This document shows, one piece after another, positions 12,811 to 24,600 of a DNA stretch of 64,000 nt (position 1 is the first letter of the stretch; every line of letters starts with the position of its first letter). The translations under genes were made by a program, and so were the position numbers. The stretch is from the NCBI GenBank assembly GCA_051362555.1, contig CM120643.1, forward strand, positions 18,852,848 to 18,916,847, written 5' to 3'. Below the pieces are notes generated by a model. The model saw only the letters and a program-made list of their open reading frames with translations. It made no database searches and was not told the origin of the DNA. This DNA is from Lingula anatina. Its lineage: Eukaryota > Animalia > Brachiopoda.

Positions 12811-13024
12811 GGGCGCATTCCCATAGATTTTAGATCGATCTATCCCCGTGGGGAGTCTCACTAGATTACTGTCAGATAATCCGGCTTAAATGTCCGTCCC
12901 GCCTACTACAAACTGTAAGGGGGTAATTAACTTTCGTGCCCGCTCGGCTAACAGCTATTTAGCGTAAACCCCCAGGGAGTAAGGTCAATCCAGTTGGATC
13001 GATCTAATCTCTGGGAATGGGGTC
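12811..13024. mobile_element. Harbinger-like MITE in B-type intron 1 (paralog 39026-39239)
   Basis: Imperfect TIRs GGGCGCATTCCCATAGA.. / ..TCTGGGAATGGGGTC with TTA on both sides. Empty in the A-type intron (about 88 and 58850). Confidence 0.65.
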
Positions 13025-13141
13025 TTATAAAGTAATTTGGTGCAGCGGAAAGTTATGCAGGTACTACTGGTAACTGTAACATGTGCGGCAAAACAGTCGA
13101 TATGGGCTGTGGTTTAGAGTGATTAGAGTGATAGGGATAAC

Positions 13142-14827
13142 CAGTGTATGAAATTCAAGGAAATTACTAGCCAGACCGCCGGGCAGGTAACTCTGAAAAG
13201 TTACCAGCCCGGCCATGTAGTTACCTGCCCTAGTTATGATAACCCCTAGAGTTAAGAGAGGTATGCTGAGGGGGTCTAGAGTGCATTCTTGGGAGAGTTA
13301 TTTGGAAATGAAAGGGCAATATCATGCCTTATGCATGGAAATTTAGAAATTGGTTGGAATTTCTACTGAATGATACCTTGTCAGTGTTGGATTTAGAGGG
13401 GGGTCAGGGGGGTCCTGACGCTCCACTTTCAATTTCTGTAAAAAAAAACTCACCTCTTGAAATAAGACTTTCACTAGTTGAATCATAGTTCTAAACCATA
13501 CCAAATGGCACCATTCACCATCTAAAATACCAAAAATTTTCAGGGCCCTTTAGCGGGCGGGGGAGGGCGGGGGTAGTCAATTCAGTTTATGTTCACCTTG
13601 TGTTTCTCATTTCTTCTTCAATAATTTATTCATAACTTTTATTCCGATTTCGTGATATCATTTGATCATAATTTTTGCTTTTCTGTATAGCAACAAGTAT
13701 GACCAAACATATATATTGTTGTCAAATAAATCGATCTCTGTGCTGACAATAAAGAAGAAAGAATTCAGCACGTATAGGGTCCCTTTGAATATCGCTTTTA
13801 AGCTTTTAAAAGCGGTCGGGAACGGTCCTGCACGCTAATGGCCCATAGACAGTCCTGCAGGGCCCCGTATCTTGAAAGCATTGCTTATTGAGAATAGCTA
13901 TATATATATATCACATAGAGGCTAAAATATATTATATGGGGCGAGTATGGGCGAGTTATTGGATCGAGATGCTTGCGCTCGGTCGCAATGCGTGATACTT
14001 TGGAGTCAGGCCTACGGTTTTACAAAAAATGTTGCCGCTCGACTAATTGCAAATCGAAGTCACCTTCCCATGAGTCCCAATTTGTTCTCTTTCGTTTGGT
14101 TCTGTCGTAATCTTTGTTATTTTTATTTCTTTCCTCAATTGTTTTTCTTTTGTGAACTTCTCTATCGGACTTGATAGAATCTTTTCATTTTTGACAGCCC
14201 AAGATGAAAGCACGTGGGAAAAGAACTACATCTGACGCACGGCGTAAACTCGTACGTTCACTCATAATTTTGGGATTCAAATTTTTTGTAAAATTTTCCT
14301 TTAATTTGCCTCCGTTGCCTTGATTACTGTTGATTATAAGCACTTCATGTGCCTATAAGTCTATTTAATCAATATCATAACTTTTTATACTTTCACATTT
14401 TTATTACTCTCAACCTACAAATTGCTACTCGCGGTATCTCCTCTACACAAAACAATGACGTAACGTTATCTGCTGTGCACTGAAGCTGGTTAAGAACAAT
14501 GTGCCTCGTTTCAAATTGTCTTTCAACTTCATATCACACAGACGGAACTTCGAAAACGAGGCCACTGAGAGGGAGACTGTTGGTTACATTTCGATACGAG
14601 CGTTCGATTGCAAGCTATGGTTAGTTCTTTGCTTCTATGAAAGTGGGTGAAAACATTGAGTTTATTTGATATTTTGCTGAAATCGCTTGTGAACATAGAC
14701 AAAATAAAAGGTGGAAATAGGCTGTAAAAATAGCCAGCCCGTCGGGCGGGTAATTTGCAAATCTTACCCGCCCGGCCTGAAAGTTACCAGCCTCGGGCTG
14801 GCGGGCAGGCGGCCATTTCATACACTG
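13142..14827. mobile_element. hAT-like non-autonomous DNA transposon, specific to copy 2
   Basis: TIRs CAGTGTATGAAAT / ATTTCATACACTG, duplicated GGATAAC and GC-rich subterminal repeats. The empty site GGGATAACACAAG is at about 39349. Confidence 0.8.
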
Positions 14828-17286
14828 GGATAACACAAGAAAGTGAAAACACTTATTTCCATCGTGGTCCATATTTGGGATGATCACGTGAATAAAATAA
14901 AAGAAAGGTTAGAATTAAAAAGGTTAAGATATAGAAAAGTAGTTTTCTTCCTTGCCATTTAATTTATTTATGTGTGTCTCTCGGCGCGTGTGTGTGGTAA
15001 AACAAGGCTGATCGATTGTTCGCTATTATTTTATCCAGTTGGGAGTTTTGACATCGATCATAATGGCAGTTGCAGTACGGTCTAAGTATGAAAAAAAAAA
15101 TTATATTCGACAAGTGGGCAACTAGAAAGCTGTTCCTCATGTATAACACGCATTTGTATACTAAGGTCCCTTAATGGGATTACATCTGTTGTATAAAAAT
15201 GGGTTTGGGCGATTAATGTAAGCATACCTACTATGTTTGTAGTCTAGACTACAGAATACGTAATCGTATGACTAACCGCGAGAGATACTCTCATATGAAT
15301 TAAACAGTAAATGACAAAATCAAGTAATTTATAGGTACACGTAGTATAGCTAATGTTTTTCTCTTGATCTGGAAAATAAGTAGCAACTGAATATCCTAAA
15401 TTTGAGGCTCAAATGTGTGCCATCGTCTTCATGATCGATTTTTTAGTCTGTGCGCACTAAAAAAACGAAGAAAATGGCCCGCGTAGGACCTGAAACTCAG
15501 ACTAGTATCCTACGTTAAATTCTAAAGAGAAAAAGACAATTTTTTGTAAACCAAACTAATCATTTTCAGTTGGAAACACCGGAGTTACGAAGAATTTTAC
15601 AATCAGCCTCCAAGAAGTCTCTCAGAAGCTTCAAGGCATCAGTCCAGGTGGAAAATGGAACCCACGCGACTGTCTGGCGAGAAATCGCGTCACCATAGTC
15701 GTGCCATTCAGGGATAGATGGGGCCACCTGGCGGTGTTTTTAAATTTCATGCATCCTTTTTTACAGAGGCAACTTTTACACTATAGGATATTAGTTGTTG
15801 AGCAGGTACCAGTATACATGTACCTTAGTGACATCACTTGCTGACCCAGTAGTCGTGAAGGCAACATTTGTGATCATATAGAAATTTAGCCCGAGTACTC
15901 AGAATACTTTACTAATTGATGAGCTAAGCTGGTGTTAATTATGATTTTGTAACTGGCAATTTCAATATTTTTCATATACGCCCCTTAAGATAGATATTTG
16001 ACTGCGTGAAATGTTATTCGATTCTTAAATACTAAGTTGCAAGTCGGCTAATGAACGCTGCCCCCACCGTGAGTTTCAGAGGGCACTTGGAACGCATATC
16101 TCCGATATGCTTCTGTCGTGACGCTACATGTAGAGACGGCAGTTTCCAGCGTTTTTTAAATAATTTTCCTCTGAAACCCAGGATACCTTCCCTTGGCGTT
16201 AACATGAAATCATTAGTTCCTTGTTATGGTGGATAAATATATGATCTTTTTGTCCATTAATTGTGCTATTTCTGATAATGGGCCTGCTGGTGAATGAAGC
16301 CATGCATTCTTTCATTGTATTGTGCCTTATGTTTCAGATTGGGATCGGGGTGTACAACAAAGCGATGTTAATGAACGCAGCCTTTCTAGAAATAAGACAG
16401 CAATTCCCCATGGATTGTGTTATATTCCACGACGTAGATCTCATTCCGGAACTTAACAATAATTCCTACGCATGCGCCAGAGAGCCAAGACACTTGGCAC
16501 CAGCTGTGGACGTATTGGATTACAAGTAAGATTGAAGAAACACCGTATACATATATATTGTAAAATGCTTTTAGTTCTATTTTTCGTAGTGGACACTGGG
16601 GAAAAAAACCAAGTTTAGGAGACTGAATTCCATGCTGTCACCATGCCACGGCTGTCTGATCTGGACAGGGGCTGTGCCACTGATCATTGACACTGGCACA
16701 GTGTCATGGTTTGGGCAGGCGTAAGACAGAACTCGTGGTGATTTTAAGGTGATTATAACACAGAACTCGTGGTGATTGTGCCATTCATGCACTAACATCC
16801 AACCGTAGGCTTGCTCCATCGAGACATCACCCGTCCCCATAACGCCAGGATAGCACAGGCATACCTGCAGCAATAGCGGATCCAGTCTCTTTTTTCTTAG
16901 ACCAGACACGTCTCCCATGACTGGGATGATTTGGACAACCGACTTCACAACCACCAGCCACAGCCTACCACCCTCATAGAGTTAAGAGCTGCACTGGTGG
17001 AAGAATGGAGAAAGATGACTCACAAAAGCATAAAACCATATACATATCAAAACTTGCGTTTCCTTTTTTTTGTTAGTATATGCCCTGCAAAGTATAATCA
17101 AATTTATATATCTGATACCGGCCTTGCGAAAAGAGTCAATGAAGTTGTTGTCTCATACTATGCAGTTTCAGTGTGCCAAGATTGTTTTCCTCTCTATTTC
17201 AGTCTTCCTTACGGTCCCCTTGTGGGCGGTGTACTGATGTTCACTCCCCAGGACTTCCAGGCTGTCAATGGTTATTCCAACGCTTA

Positions 17287-18372
17287 GGCCACACTTTTTT
17301 ATTTTTATGGATGACATCCTCTGGGGACCCCAAAGTCGGTGCGAGCGGGCGAAAAAAAAAAAAAAACAGTCCCAAAAAAAAAAAAAAAAAAAAATGCTTA
17401 AGAAAAGTTATGTTTTCAGTACACAGCTGGAAACACTAATTTACCACAGAAACACGTATCAAACTAACAACATGTCTTTATCCATGCTCTCAAAATATTA
17501 AAGCATTGTGAATAGGGCCTACTTCGTAGAAAGGTAAAAAGTCATGAATATTTATGCTGCATATTACCAAATCTATTTAAGGTTATTTCATGCATTCTGT
17601 TGGTATAGAAACCAATAAAACAAATATCAAATAAATAGCGTGTCTTTATTTGTACTCTCAGAAAATTAAAGCATTGTAAACACTTCACAGAATTGTTAAA
17701 AAAATTAAGCAAAGATAGGCCTATGCTTCCTACTACTAAGGTAATTTCGGTCGATGCCATTTTGTCTACTTCGACTCACACGCTAGCAGCCAACTATCGG
17801 GTGGCCTGTCCGACCTTCAGTCCACCAAATACCGCGACGCTCTTGTCGACCCTTTTTTCGCTCCAAAAAGAAACTGGTATGTGCTGCTTTGGACAGAATG
17901 TCACTGAAATTTTCCGGGCGATGATTGCTGGCCGCGGCCAGCCTTTCGTAAAATTGTAAAAGGGTGATATCTCCATGTCCAATATCAATGGCAAACCAAT
18001 CCAAAACGACGGCCCCCGTTCTCTTTATGACTTTAATTGTCGTGTATTAATGCTAGAGATGAAGTTGACGGCAAAACGGCCATATTTCCATGTGGTGATA
18101 ATACGCATGCGCAGAAAGCTCATTTTCCACACTCGGAACTACTCGGATGTCTCCGCAGTCGACAATGACAGTATGGAGCTTGCGGAATTAGCAGAGAATT
18201 GCCGATTGCATTTTCCGGCAAATTCAATAACGATGTTTGCGACAACCGACTTCCTTTGGGGGGGGGGGGGGGGCGGTTTGGGGGGGGGGGGGGATTTTTT
18301 TTTTTTTTTGGAGAACGGACGAAAATCGGTGCGCGCGCAGGATGTCATCCATAAAATTAAAAAAGTGTGGCC
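17287..18372. mobile_element. PIF/Harbinger-like non-autonomous element inside exon 4 of copy 2
   Basis: 34-bp TIRs GGCCACACTTTTTTA(T/A)TTTTATGGATGACATCCT with a TTA TSD (17284-17286, 18373-18375). The other four copies have the empty site. Confidence 0.9.
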
Positions 18373-20069
18373 TTACTGGGGCTGGGGAGCAGAAGATGAT
18401 GATATGGGTTATAGGTAACCAGCGTCTGAACCCTCTTTTTCCTAAAGTCGTATGTGTAGAAGCCACAGGGCGACATTTTGGGTGGGGTGGTACTTGACCT
18501 TTTTCTTTTTTTCAATCATATCAGTCATAAGCGCAGGAAGCATTATGAGCTAAGCCCCCCTCGCTATTTTTTTTCTGAATGGTCATTTCTCCCCCCCCCC
18601 CTCCACAAACCCACACATACACAAACCCGCTTCCTACAAACTGTTACTCTTACATGCAGGAGTTGGAGAATCTCTCTCTCTCTCTCTCTCTTTCGCGCGC
18701 GCGCGCGTCCGTGCATATTATTCTTGTCTCTTCGGCGACCTTCATTGACTTACATATCTGTTTCAATTTCAGAATAAAAAAGGCCGGTTTAAGGATTTCG
18801 CGCCCATCCCTCAATACCGGCCGTTATACTATGTTAGTGCATACACAGCGCAGGAAAAACGAAAGAAGGTAAATGTAGACTTAGACATGATATATTAATA
18901 CTTATCAATGCGGGGGCTCAACTTAAGATTTGTCAAGAGAAATATAGAGGTGTGACTGCCACTGTACAACAAAGTTTTTTTAAATCATGTTTTAAACAAA
19001 AAATAATGATAATACATTCTTACAAGGTGATTTCCATAAAATCTCCGTGCGACTTACAAAAGTGTTAAGATTTTAAATTATACACTAGAAATGGCTAAAT
19101 TTTAAACAACCATGCTTTGTTTATGATATCTTTTTAATATTTTAAATAAATGGCCTAAATTTTTTAAATGTTCATTTTCATCATGAGCATTAAAGCCGAT
19201 TAAAATTTATGCTTTTGGCAAATGTTGTCTTAGGGTTTGGGCATACATGTATATCTAAAATGCCCCTTCAATAAACTTCAGTTGTACAGATGTAAAAGTT
19301 ATACTGAACTTCACGAATTCTCATATGTAATTCCAGAGTTGAAATTCTTCATAAAGGCATGGAGCGACAGCCCTGGGACGGTCTGAGTAACGTTAACTAC
19401 TCAGTGCTTGACATCAGATTAAAGCCCCTGTTCACGCACATGTTGATAGACATAGGAAAAACGCCTGACACGTACTGATACCAAGCACGCGTTCATCTAG
19501 GGATGCAACAATACATATACGCGCATATATTGCTTAACTACTAAAAGAGCGACAGACAGAAGTCTTGTACCAGGAATGGTAATCTACTAGGTACCATAGT
19601 CTGCTTCCCATGTCTTTGTTCCGGTGACATTCTTCTCATATACTAACCCCAATACTCCGACTTACCTTAACCTGTTCTAATTATATGGGACCCCGGACTG
19701 CATTCCTAGGACTACCATTCCTGTTACATCTGTCTTAAAGCCAGCGGTGCTTTATTAATTTGGCATATTTATTGCTTTAATGAGCAATTTTAAAAAAGGA
19801 TGTGAATAATAGTTTTTTCGGCGTAGACACAGAGACACTTGTGATTTAGCGTTACTTTTTGCTTCGTGATTTTAGATACCGTTGTTACGATGTACGACTC
19901 GAGGACCGTCGAAAAGATGAACATAGTTTTCAGCACGGGGCTAACATTTACTCTGATGAAAAATTCACATCGGATTTCTGTTTTCAAAAGAATTCTTAAT
20001 TTGCGTTGTTTTTTATATGTATGTACAGGTACATGTAGGCTACATGTATCTTCTAAAGATATATATAAC

Positions 20070-21652
20070 TAGGGTAGGGTAAATAATAACTTTTTTGGAA
20101 ATCTCTCAGGGAACAGGTGATTTTAGAGGCAAAATGGGCCAAAAAGTTCATTTCTGATGAGAAATTTGAGCTAGAAGCATTCTTTGGGTCGGTAATTTTA
20201 CTATTTTTGAAAACGCATACAAAGCATATGCACTGCATATACAGTAACTGTAGTAATTATATGTATGTATATAATTGTATTGAAAAGTGTTGAGTGAAGC
20301 ACAAATTTTTGATAAGTGAGTGTTTTATATGACACAAAATGATGCTAAACACACATGTGCAACTATTTTTATCAAAGAGTTTCAACATTGACAATTAAAG
20401 GAACCTATGTTTTTATTATGCGTTTTCTTATGTTTTTAAGGTTGTAAAATATTTATTCTTATGTTAACACTGCCATTGTTACATTTTAAATGGAGTTTGG
20501 TTACCTTGTTGGTTGATAGTTTACTGTCAAGCTTGAAAGAAGAGCCAGATCTCAGTCAGTCAAAACGAGTAGTGATAAGATATCTCAAGTTCTGCTGGAT
20601 GTGAATTATGAGGAAGAATCAGAGTTATCCTGACCCCAAGCAACCAATGGGGGAATATCTTTAAATTATTAAAAAGAAGTGGATGGAATATTTTTGTTCT
20701 GCACATAAGAAGTTGGGGAAACAATCACTATCATGTACTGAGACCAGCAAAGAAGTTGCCTGAGAAATATCCAATGTCTGGATGTCCAAGAATATCTTTC
20801 CTCTCTTTGAGAACGTTTACAACAGAATAACTGTATATTGAGACTACATATAAAAAGCATTGTGCTTATGTATGATGAATCTTAAACACTATTTGTCATG
20901 TTTTGATTGAAATCTTTCACTTTTGTATTATCCTTGCACTTCACAGACAGTTAATGCTTCATACGTTCCCCAAATATATCATAATCCAACATACTTCTGT
21001 TGGGAATGTACTTCTCAAAGATTGGAAAAATACTTTTTTGGAGATTCAGGCATTGGAGATTTCTCTGGCAACTGCTTTGCTAGCCTCAGCTTATGATAGG
21101 GATGTCTTCCGGCTTCATACATGTAAAACATGTAAAATGTAAAAGTGTATCATCCATCCTATTGTAATAATTTAGAAAAATATTTACTTTATGGTAAGGT
21201 TACTAGTAATTGATACTTCATTATAATTCCCATCCAACAGATGTTGGGAAATCATATCACTCCTCATTTTGATTGATCAAGATGACTGAGGTTGTTCATT
21301 TTCCCCATTATCGAAGATTCTGACTCTTCACTCTAGATTGACAGTTAAATGTCAGCTGACATGGTAACTGAACTCACTGTAAAATGTATCAATCTCAGTA
21401 TTAACATCAGAAATAGATTCTACAACCCCAAAAACATAAGAAAAGACATATTACACACCATAATACCTTTAATTGTAGTTAATGAAGCTTTGGGTAGGCC
21501 GTTTTGGCTGCCATTTTGAAAATTGTCATTTTATCGGCCTTAATAATAAATTGTTTTAGAAAAAAATGATTGTCAGATTTGTGTTCTGCATCAAATTTCG
21601 CCTCAGAAAACACCTGTTATGGAATTTTTTTGATGAGATTTACCCTACCTTA
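20070..21652. mobile_element. hAT-like DNA transposon downstream of copy 2
   Basis: TIR TAGGGTAGGGTAAAT; duplicated ATATAAC. Nearly identical to 51654-53233. Confidence 0.8.
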
Positions 21653-21691
21653 ATATAACTATTAAGGTAGGGTAAATCTCATCAAAAAAAT
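21624..21691. repeat. Perfect fold-back palindrome (32-bp arms, 4-nt loop)
   Basis: ATTTTTTTGATGAGATTTACCCTACCTTAATA-TAAC-TATTAAGGTAGGGTAAATCTCATCAAAAAAAT. Confidence 0.9.
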
Positions 21692-24600
21692 AGGTTGTCT
21701 TATTTGTTGTCTGTGAACGGTCATTCTATGTCGGAAAGTGTCGCCGGTTTGTCCTATATAGTTCTTACTGCAAGTCAATACATTAATTAAATCTGAGCTA
21801 GTCAAATGTGAGGTACCCAGGTGCGGCACCTGTCCACTAATTAAAGAGGGGAGCCATCTTACATTTAAAAATGGACTTACATTTAGAATTAATCACCCAT
21901 TCACCTGCACTAGCTCAAATTTATTATATAAGCATTCATACGTTGTAATAAACCTTTTTTAATTTAGACCATAAAGCTTAAGGTTGATTAGTTCTTGTTC
22001 GAAATATGATATCTACAGGAGAATACATATTCAAATATAGGGCCCTCCGCTTTCAAGCTTAGTTTTTCATCACTTCAAGGATTATTTCCAGCTAGTTCCT
22101 CAAGAACGTTTATACATTCTGCAATCATTTTCAGAATTAAGTGCAGTAGCTGCGTTATAGCGCCGAGAAATGTCATTAAGGTTCATTTGTTTGTCTTAAA
22201 GGATCGAAGTATAATTATGCTACTACAGTAATAAGGTGGGGTTTGATTTTACTTTAATTTGATTCTACATCTCTTCCAGGAATGTAGTGTTCAGGATACA
22301 AAAGTTTATGGGTTGGCAAATAATCTTGTGCTCATAGTCGATGCCACTGTGTCACGTGACGAATATCAATGTTCATCAAGGTTCTCTGTCTCTCTCATTC
22401 CGGCTGCCTCAGTCATTTTGTGGTAAAGAATACGCCCGGTGAAACACTACCCTCTACTAGGGCGACAGATTGATTTTTCACAAGATATTCACAGATATGT
22501 CTTTAGATAGACCCTAAAATGATTCTCTGGCTTTTTAAAAATTTCCCTAAATATCTGGCACCCTGGTAGAGGGAAGCGAAACACCAAGCATTACATTCTT
22601 TTACATTTGTTTGCCATTCAGTTGTCTGTCAATAGTAGCATTTGTCTGCCCTAATGTTATTTGTCGGACTTGTCTCCTTCTGTGCCTGTGTCTGCTCATA
22701 TCTACCTGTAAAAAAAGTCTCGAGGCCAGGTTTCACGGTACTTACTTACATGCCCATATACATTTATGCGGTAGTAGTTGCATAGAGGTGGAATAAATAG
22801 TCTGGATGACTATTGGCCGAATTGAATATTAAAGGATTTGCTTCATACCGTCAGAATGGCTTCAACGGAACATATTCTTCAGAAAACATGCCCAACTAAC
22901 GATATCTTCATCCAAATACACAAATTAAAAGCTCATTTTGTAAATTTTTGGCTTTAAAAAACGTCCTATTTGCTCGGCGTGGGAGTTAATGAGCTACGTG
23001 GTCACGTGGTCCGATGACGACAATCGAGCCACTGGAGAACAGAGCGTGCTTAGCTGTCAAACTGAGCCGCATTGTCTACCTGTAAGATGACTTCTCTGGC
23101 TTCTGATAAAAGTTTATACTCATTCAAATCTCTTACCCGAGGGGTCTAAATCCTCGTGTAAAACCATTTCCCGTCTAGTCATTTCTTTAACAAGCATTTC
23201 ATTATGGTTATCCCAAGTTGTATAAAACACTGCATTTGAATGAGTTAAGGGAATTGTTGATTATTGCATATGAGGGCCATGTTATTTGTGAAATTCAATT
23301 TATTTTATTAAACCGCTGACACTCCGTCTTGCATTCTTTTAGTAAACTGAGGTAAACAATGCCCGTTACCTTTACAAGTCCCATCTTAATCATCCATCTA
23401 ACTGGAACTTCCTTTACCTCTTAATTAGAGGGTTAAATGGCATTCAATTTGTCTTGCTTGTATCGAACGCACTCTCTATCTAAGCTTTACTCCAGTTATC
23501 TCAGGTAAAAATCTACCTGTGCGTTAGTTACAAAGCGCAGCTCCCGTAGATCTGGGGGTACTAGATCAAATCTGAACACCAGGTTTATCGAGGAGCTAGA
23601 GAAAGAAAGGAAGAATTTTTCCTGCACAACTTCATAGGAATTTTAACACGGACTTGATCCAGCTTAGACCTCCAAACTAACAGGGTGACATGGGCAATTT
23701 TCACAAACAAATCATAAAACTACATTTCAGTTAACCGCCTTTAAAATAAAAATACCGTTCTGGGTAAATTAAAATAGTTATTAAGAGCTAGTCCACGAGA
23801 GAACCAGCCCAGGGTGGCAAGGTGGGGGTCAGCGGATTTCAACCAAATCTGTTGTATGGAGGCATATTAGGAAGTTATTCATGAGTTAGGAAGGAATCCC
23901 AAAAATATCCTTTCTTCAGAGAATTATAGCCTATTATAAGTCATGGCTTGTGTAGCCTCTTTGAGACTCCATTTTTACCTTGGAAAAATAATGATATATT
24001 TTGTGTAAATTAAACAAAAATGGAGAAAACTAAAAAATATTAGACCTTACAAACATTGAAAACAATCATTTGGCTTGCCACAGATACATGTAGAATTCAG
24101 ATAAGACCCTGCATGCTTGGGTGAGCCACACCCATTTATAACACCCCTCCCCCCAAAGTCCAATTTTGATACTACCATCTTTAATTGCATATATCTCCAT
24201 CTTCACAGGGTTTACAGCTATAAAACTGCATGAATATTTTAAGCAGATATGGATCACTCCAAATCAAGTTTCAAAAGTTACTGCTGTATTAAAACAGGTA
24301 CTGAAAAATACCCCAAAAGTTGGCCATTTTTAAGGCAAAAAATCGTGGTTGATTCATTCAAGTCTACGTAGACAATGGGTTTGATTAATTTATTAAACCA
24401 TTTTGCTCTACAATGATGTTACTAAATTAATAGGGCTGGTGAGCATGGAAAGTGGATGTGTACTAATGAATATCAGGTCAGTGGGTCGTAGGTCAAGGTC
24501 ACTGGGCTTCATATTTGTAAATTGCCATATATGGACTTTTTAATTTGTATGGACAAAAAGTTTAGAGGAAATAAATCTTAGATTCTGTTACTTTGGATAG

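Larger units (their letters stand above)
11791..19478 (+). pseudogene. GT7 beta-1,4-glycosyltransferase copy 2, disrupted by a MITE in exon 4
   Basis: Exons are 11791-12034 (MARRAGRPR + hydrophobic TM, type II Golgi topology), 15570-15805, 16338-16525, 17203-18414 (interrupted at 17287-18372), 18773-18868 and 19337-19478. The insertion creates GCT TAG, an in-frame stop just before WGWGAEDDD. Confidence 0.88.

Noticed and set aside
18259-18293. G-run / G-quadruplex candidate
   Set aside because: These are homopolymer tracts internal to the MITE, with no evidence of function.
17975-18418. 147-aa ORF running from the MITE in frame into WGWGAEDDD (fusion protein or splice rescue)
   Set aside because: It is low complexity (poly-G/poly-F), lacks the DxD half, and has no convincing donor/acceptor pair at the element ends.
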